Part shown: piece after piece, positions 59,780-64,000 of the stretch
Layout: each line of letters opens with the position of its first letter
Position numbering within the stretch: position 1 is the stretch's first letter
Assembly (NCBI GenBank): GCA_001599295.1
Contig: BCGN01000008.1
Span: 558,001-622,000 of the forward strand
Length of the DNA: 64,000 bases
Origin: Sporopachydermia quercuum
Taxonomy: Eukaryota
Direction: 5' to 3'
Made by a program: the position numbers and the translations under genes
The notes under the pieces: generated by a model
What the model was told of the DNA's origin: nothing
Seen by the model: the letters and a program-made list of their open reading frames with translations, nothing else
The model's database searches: none

Positions 59780-60514
59780 ATGAGAGAGCTAGATAATATT
59801 GCAGCAGTTATCGTTGACATTGAAGGAACAGTCTGTCCAATTTCCTTCGTGAAAGATGAGCTTTTTCCATACTTTCTTACGAAGCTTGATTTCTATCTGA
59901 ACCAGGCATCGTTTCCAATTACCTCAGACAATCAGAAAGATAATGAATTGATGAGCCATTTGCTCAGGTTTCCTCCAGATAAGCTAAATGATAAAAATAC
60001 ACTCAAGAAGTATCTTGAAGGGTTAGTAAATAAAGATATAAAGGATTCAGCATTGAAATCATTCCAAGGGTTTGTATGGGCATCAGGTTATTCTTCTGGT
60101 GAGGTTACTGCTCCACTATATACTGATGCTATAGAAGCTATTAAGCGATGGGGTGGGAATGAATCATTGAAACTAGTTGTTTACTCTTCTGGTAGCGTTC
60201 GAGCTCAAAAGTTATTATTTGGCCATGTTAATAATGAAGGCAATCTGTTGAAGTACTTTTCTGATTACTTCGATACCGTCAGTGCAGGTTATAAGACTGA
60301 AAAGAAGAGTTACGAGACAATTAGTAAAGGAATCAGTATTCCTGGTGATCAATGTTTATTTTTAAGTGATAATTTACTTGAAGTTAAGGCAGCGATAGAA
60401 GCAGGAATGAAAAGCTATATTGTTGTGCGCCCTGGTAATCCTAGTATACCGTTTGCTGAAGGTGAAGAAGAAAAATATACTGTTATAAAAGAGGGATTTG
60501 ATAACATCCTTTGA
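59780..60514 (+). CDS. UTR4: Enolase-phosphatase E1 (methionine salvage, HAD family)
   Basis: DIEGTVCPISFVKDELFPY, YSSGSVRAQKLLF, YFDT, LFLSDN, VVRPGN. Confidence 0.95.
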   Translation: MRELDNIAAVIVDIEGTVCPISFVKDELFPYFLTKLDFYLNQASFPITSDNQKDNELMSHLLRFPPDKLNDKNTLKKYLEGLVNKDIKDSALKSFQGFVWASGYSSGEVTAPLYTDAIEAIKRWGGNESLKLVVYSSGSVRAQKLLFGHVNNEGNLLKYFSDYFDTVSAGYKTEKKSYETISKGISIPGDQCLFLSDNLLEVKAAIEAGMKSYIVVRPGNPSIPFAEGEEEKYTVIKEGFDNIL

Positions 60515-60869
60515 GAAACAACTGTATANATTTAACAGCGTGAATGTATTTTCAGCGTTATTAAACAGTAGCGGAGACTTACCTTGATTCTTACTAATTG
60601 ATCATCCCAAATTATATCATATAGTTCCCCTCGTACAATCGAATAGTATAGTATATGAACTTGAATTAATTTGAGAAAATATATTGAGAACAAGAAAAAT
60701 GATTCGCAATGAAGAAAAAGTTATAAGATTCAACTATTTACTATCGTAATCATCTGAATAACATAAGCAATAACAAGAAAGATAATTATTTGCGCACTAA
60801 CTCATAAACATTTAATGATTGATCCTTTTCTTCTTTTTCTATGAAACCTCGCTAGATCTAATAACCTTT

Positions 60870-62386
60870 TTATTCATCATCATCATGCCCATGCTCGAAT
60901 AAGTAATTAGCAGCTATTTCTTCATTCTTATCACAAGCAAAGTAAGCCTGTATGACAATATCACGAGAGAATCCCAACGCCATTAATCGATTGATACTTT
61001 CGTTTTCTTCAGGAGTAATTTGAATTCTAACTGGTGCCCTTTCACCAGCTTCTCCACCTTCAGCACCTTCAGCTCCTTCAACACCTAACTCAGGTAATTC
61101 ACCGGCTTCGCCAGCTTCACTATCTCGCATTCCTTCCAATAACAATTGTAAGAACATTTCTGGTTGTGATTCAATCAAAGCGGCCAACTGAGGGTGAGAT
61201 TGAGCAATTTGTTGCAACATTGGTTCAATAAGTTCTGGATGATTTTGAATAACATTTTGTAGCTGTTGAAGGTTTGGTGCCGCCATCATGTCTCCAGCAC
61301 TTTCTCCACCAGCACCACCTTGTTGTTGTAGAGCAGCAGCAGCTTCAAACAGGTTTCCTGGTCCTGCGACAAGTCTTTCACCAGTATCAGCTTCATCAGA
61401 TTGTTCTGGTGCTGTTGTAGTACTGGTTGGAATTACAGCCGGCGTAGGATTCGATGGCTGTACCAAATTGTCAGGAATACCTGTAAGTAAATACTCAACA
61501 GCTCTATCAGGGTTGTTGAAAGCAGCTCTCATGGCAGCTTCGACTTGATCTTGAGGGTACCCCATCTCAATCATATTTTGGATAGCAACGTCTCGTGCTG
61601 ATCCCATAGCTAATGCTGAAGGATCATTGAAGCTTACAGGGGCAGCTTCCGCTGCAGCAGATGTTGTAGATGGTGCAGTGGCATTAGTAGGCGTAGCAAC
61701 ATTACTTGTGGCGGAAGCATTTGCATGGCTGGGGGCACTAGGTGTCGTAATTGTGTTGGACACTTGAGCTTTTGGCGTTTCTGGAACTACGTCTCCACTT
61801 GCACTAGACTTAGGTGCACTTTTCTTAGCTATCATGAAGATAATTTGATCATTTTCTTTTACGTTGAATGAAGAAATCGTCTTTTCATTGCTTAAAACTC
61901 TACCAGAATAAACTAGTTTGATTTGAGAAACTTCACAATCTTTTTGTGCTCCAAGCTTTTCCTTTAAGGACAACACCTATCGAACACTATGTTAATAACA
62001 AGTCTTAATCATCAAAGCATCAATAGATAATATCATTCTCAGGAAGACTGCAATATTTATTCGTGAACTTCAAAGATGCCGAGGAAGTGCCAATGTGACG
62101 AAACGAAAATGTAGCTGACAACCAAAAAATTTACCAGCTGTAAAGAAGAAACTGATCTGAAATAAACATGTGCCACCAAATCAACTAAGGCAATGCAACC
62201 AACGCATCCTAAGATCCAACTTAATTGCACAAAATCTTGCTGGTACTAAATCAAATCACACGCCTCAAACAATTATCAAATTAATCAAATCCTAGCCAAT
62301 CTCCACCTCTTGGTACTTACTGTGTCTTCAGGTTCAACTTCAAATGGTAGCTTTTCCTTTTTGAAATCCTTCAGTATGATATGCAT
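60870..62386 (-). CDS. RAD23: UV excision repair protein / ubiquitin shuttle; exons 62386-62321 and 61976-60870
   Basis: UbL MHIILKDFKKEKLPFEVEPEDT|VLSLK...KLVYSGRVL; UBA1 MRAAFNNPDRAVEYL; XPC-binding region; UBA2 QAYFACDKNEEIAANYL; intron 62320-61977 GTAAGT ... TATTAAC ... TAG. Confidence 0.96.
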
Positions 62387-63250
62387 TATGATCAGAAATT
62401 CTATCACTCAATTATTCACTTTTCACTATACTATGATGTACTGAAAACTCTTCTAAAACAAGAAACAGAAAATTGAAGTTGTTCTTTTGCATTTGATTCG
62501 ATTGACCTTATCTGCAGACAGATTACTACTTTCCCTTGCAATTCGTAAGGTTGGTCTTTCATGATACGAAATATACAATTGATATTCCTACACCTGTTGC
62601 AATATGGTTAAAGAGACTAGTTTGGGAAATAATAACTAAACGTTACCAAACAAAACGGAAATTATACAATACCGTCTCCGATATAACAGAGAGGGTCTAA
62701 CTAGGAAATCTGTTATAAACCTACTTTTTGGGGCATAGGTGTTGAGCGTTAACTTTGCACTTCAAATAGGGTCCCTCATCAGCTTTTTTATCATTGTCCC
62801 ATAATAGGTGTACTTAGCGATTCCCGAGACCATTTGACTCAAAGTTTCCGAAATTTCAATGCGATAAGACAAGAATGCTCAAATGAGCTTGATCTGATGG
62901 CAAATGAAAAGTTAGTGATAGGTAACGAGCTGATGCTGCTCGAGAAGAAGTTGATCCGGTTACAGTAATTGGGAATAAAGTCACTGTAATGAGTCGGAAA
63001 AGGTAGGCATGGGTATAGATTTTGGTAGTTCTAGTTATTTATTAATATTCTACTGACCATTGATATAGAAGATGACCTCATACCGTGGGGAGATAATGTT
63101 ATGTGAATGATTCAGGACCTACCAGTTGTTGGATTCAAAAAGCTTTCTATTGACGTAAAACAGATTAATGCTAGGCCAATCGATTTGTAATTTAGTGAAG
63201 AAAGTTGAAAGAAATTCGAATCCTTAACGAAAAGCGTTACCTAAATCAAG

Positions 63251-64000
63251 ATGTATGTGAGCCCTACATTAGTTAGTGTATTGAGCAGAACCAGTGATCC
63301 AGTCTGTTGAATTAATGATTAATAGTCAAATGAGTACGGCACTAACATTTCTATCATTATTTTAGGTCTTATAGAAGAACAAGAAAACGTACAGGTCAAA
63401 ATGAGGTTGAGGTGATGGGTCCGTAAGTGCTAGTTCCATACTTGATTATATGAAGCTATAGATTGAGATGGTGATCAATATTCTAACTAACTATTCTCCA
63501 GTAACTCTGCCATGACAGCTTTCTTAAGAGTAAGTTACGTCTGATCTCATGATTTAAATTTAATAATTAAGTTATAAAACCACCAGATAAACAAACATCA
63601 ACTTTGTCGAATACTAATAGTAATCCCTCATCATAGGAACATGGTATTGATAATGACGCTATTCAACGTATGGGAAATAGATACACAGGAAACAACAACA
63701 ACGGGGAAGAAACACAAGAAATACCTGCTAATTTAGAATCAACTGAAAATCCAAACACCAGAGAAACAAGTATACTTAGTGAGAGTAATCCTGTAACTAA
63801 TCAAAATACCGAAACAGAAGATGAAGAGATAGCTTTAATCAGACAAGCTGCTCGTGAGAAAAGGAATCGTGCGAACAATAATAGCAATGAAAATAATTTA
63901 TCTGAAGATGATTGGGTTGATGGTGAACAAAGCAGAATTCATCAAATTGGATCAGTTGACTTCTGCGACGAATGTGATAGACGTTTCACTATATCATCTA
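63251..64000 (+). CDS. RAD7: Nucleotide excision repair protein Rad7, 5' part only (runs off the window); exons 63251-63252, 63366-63422, 63502-63529, 63637-64000+
   Basis: Not in the ORF track. Spliced product MSYRRTRKRTGQNEVEVMGPNSAMTAFLREHGI matches the Rad7 N-terminal GPNSALTxFLR motif; later FCDECDRRFTI matches the CxxCxxRFT motif of fungal Rad7/Rhp7; exon 4 stays open to the window end. Confidence 0.85.

Noticed and set aside
60576..60590. ACTTACCTT resembling the U1 snRNA 5' end
   Set aside because: No U1 stem-loops or Sm site follow.

Overview
An AT-rich, intron-containing budding-yeast (Saccharomycotina-like) chromosomal segment. It uses the standard genetic code (CTG sits at conserved Leu positions in ACO1, SAR1 and MRM2) and has scattered N ambiguities. 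I find 23 protein-coding genes and 16 spliceosomal introns that I reconstructed by hand: ACO1, a Ycf1/Bpt1-type ABCC transporter, a stand-alone ACAD10/11-like APH kinase, an SPX-RING E3, glutaryl-CoA dehydrogenase, ERG7, PMT1, a hypothetical protein, NIPSNAP, an FSH hydrolase, an FMP42-like MFS, an ARMH3-like protein, a PA-domain protein, MRM2, SEC27, SAR1, a CSR1-like Sec14 protein, VAM7, SKI8, a hypothetical membrane protein, UTR4, RAD23 and a partial RAD7 absent from the ORF track. Retention of GCDH, NIPSNAP and ARMH3 plus relaxed branch points suggests a lineage far from S. cerevisiae (inference). No tRNA, rRNA, transposon or CRISPR is supported. Most notable: (1) the NER genes RAD23 and RAD7 are head-to-head, and an intron splits the RAD7 start codon; (2) COPI SEC27 and COPII SAR1 are head-to-head, and an identical 14-mer plus 11-mer recur in the SEC27/SAR1 and VAM7/SKI8 divergent promoters; (3) SKI8 has an ATG-only first exon followed by an AG|GTAAG recursive-splice-like junction; (4) several proteins carry unusual architecture (about 300-aa insert in Mrm2, acidic repeat tail in Pmt1, CaaX-ended SPX-RING, RING-less PA protein). 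All homology calls come from recognising motifs by eye; no database search was run.
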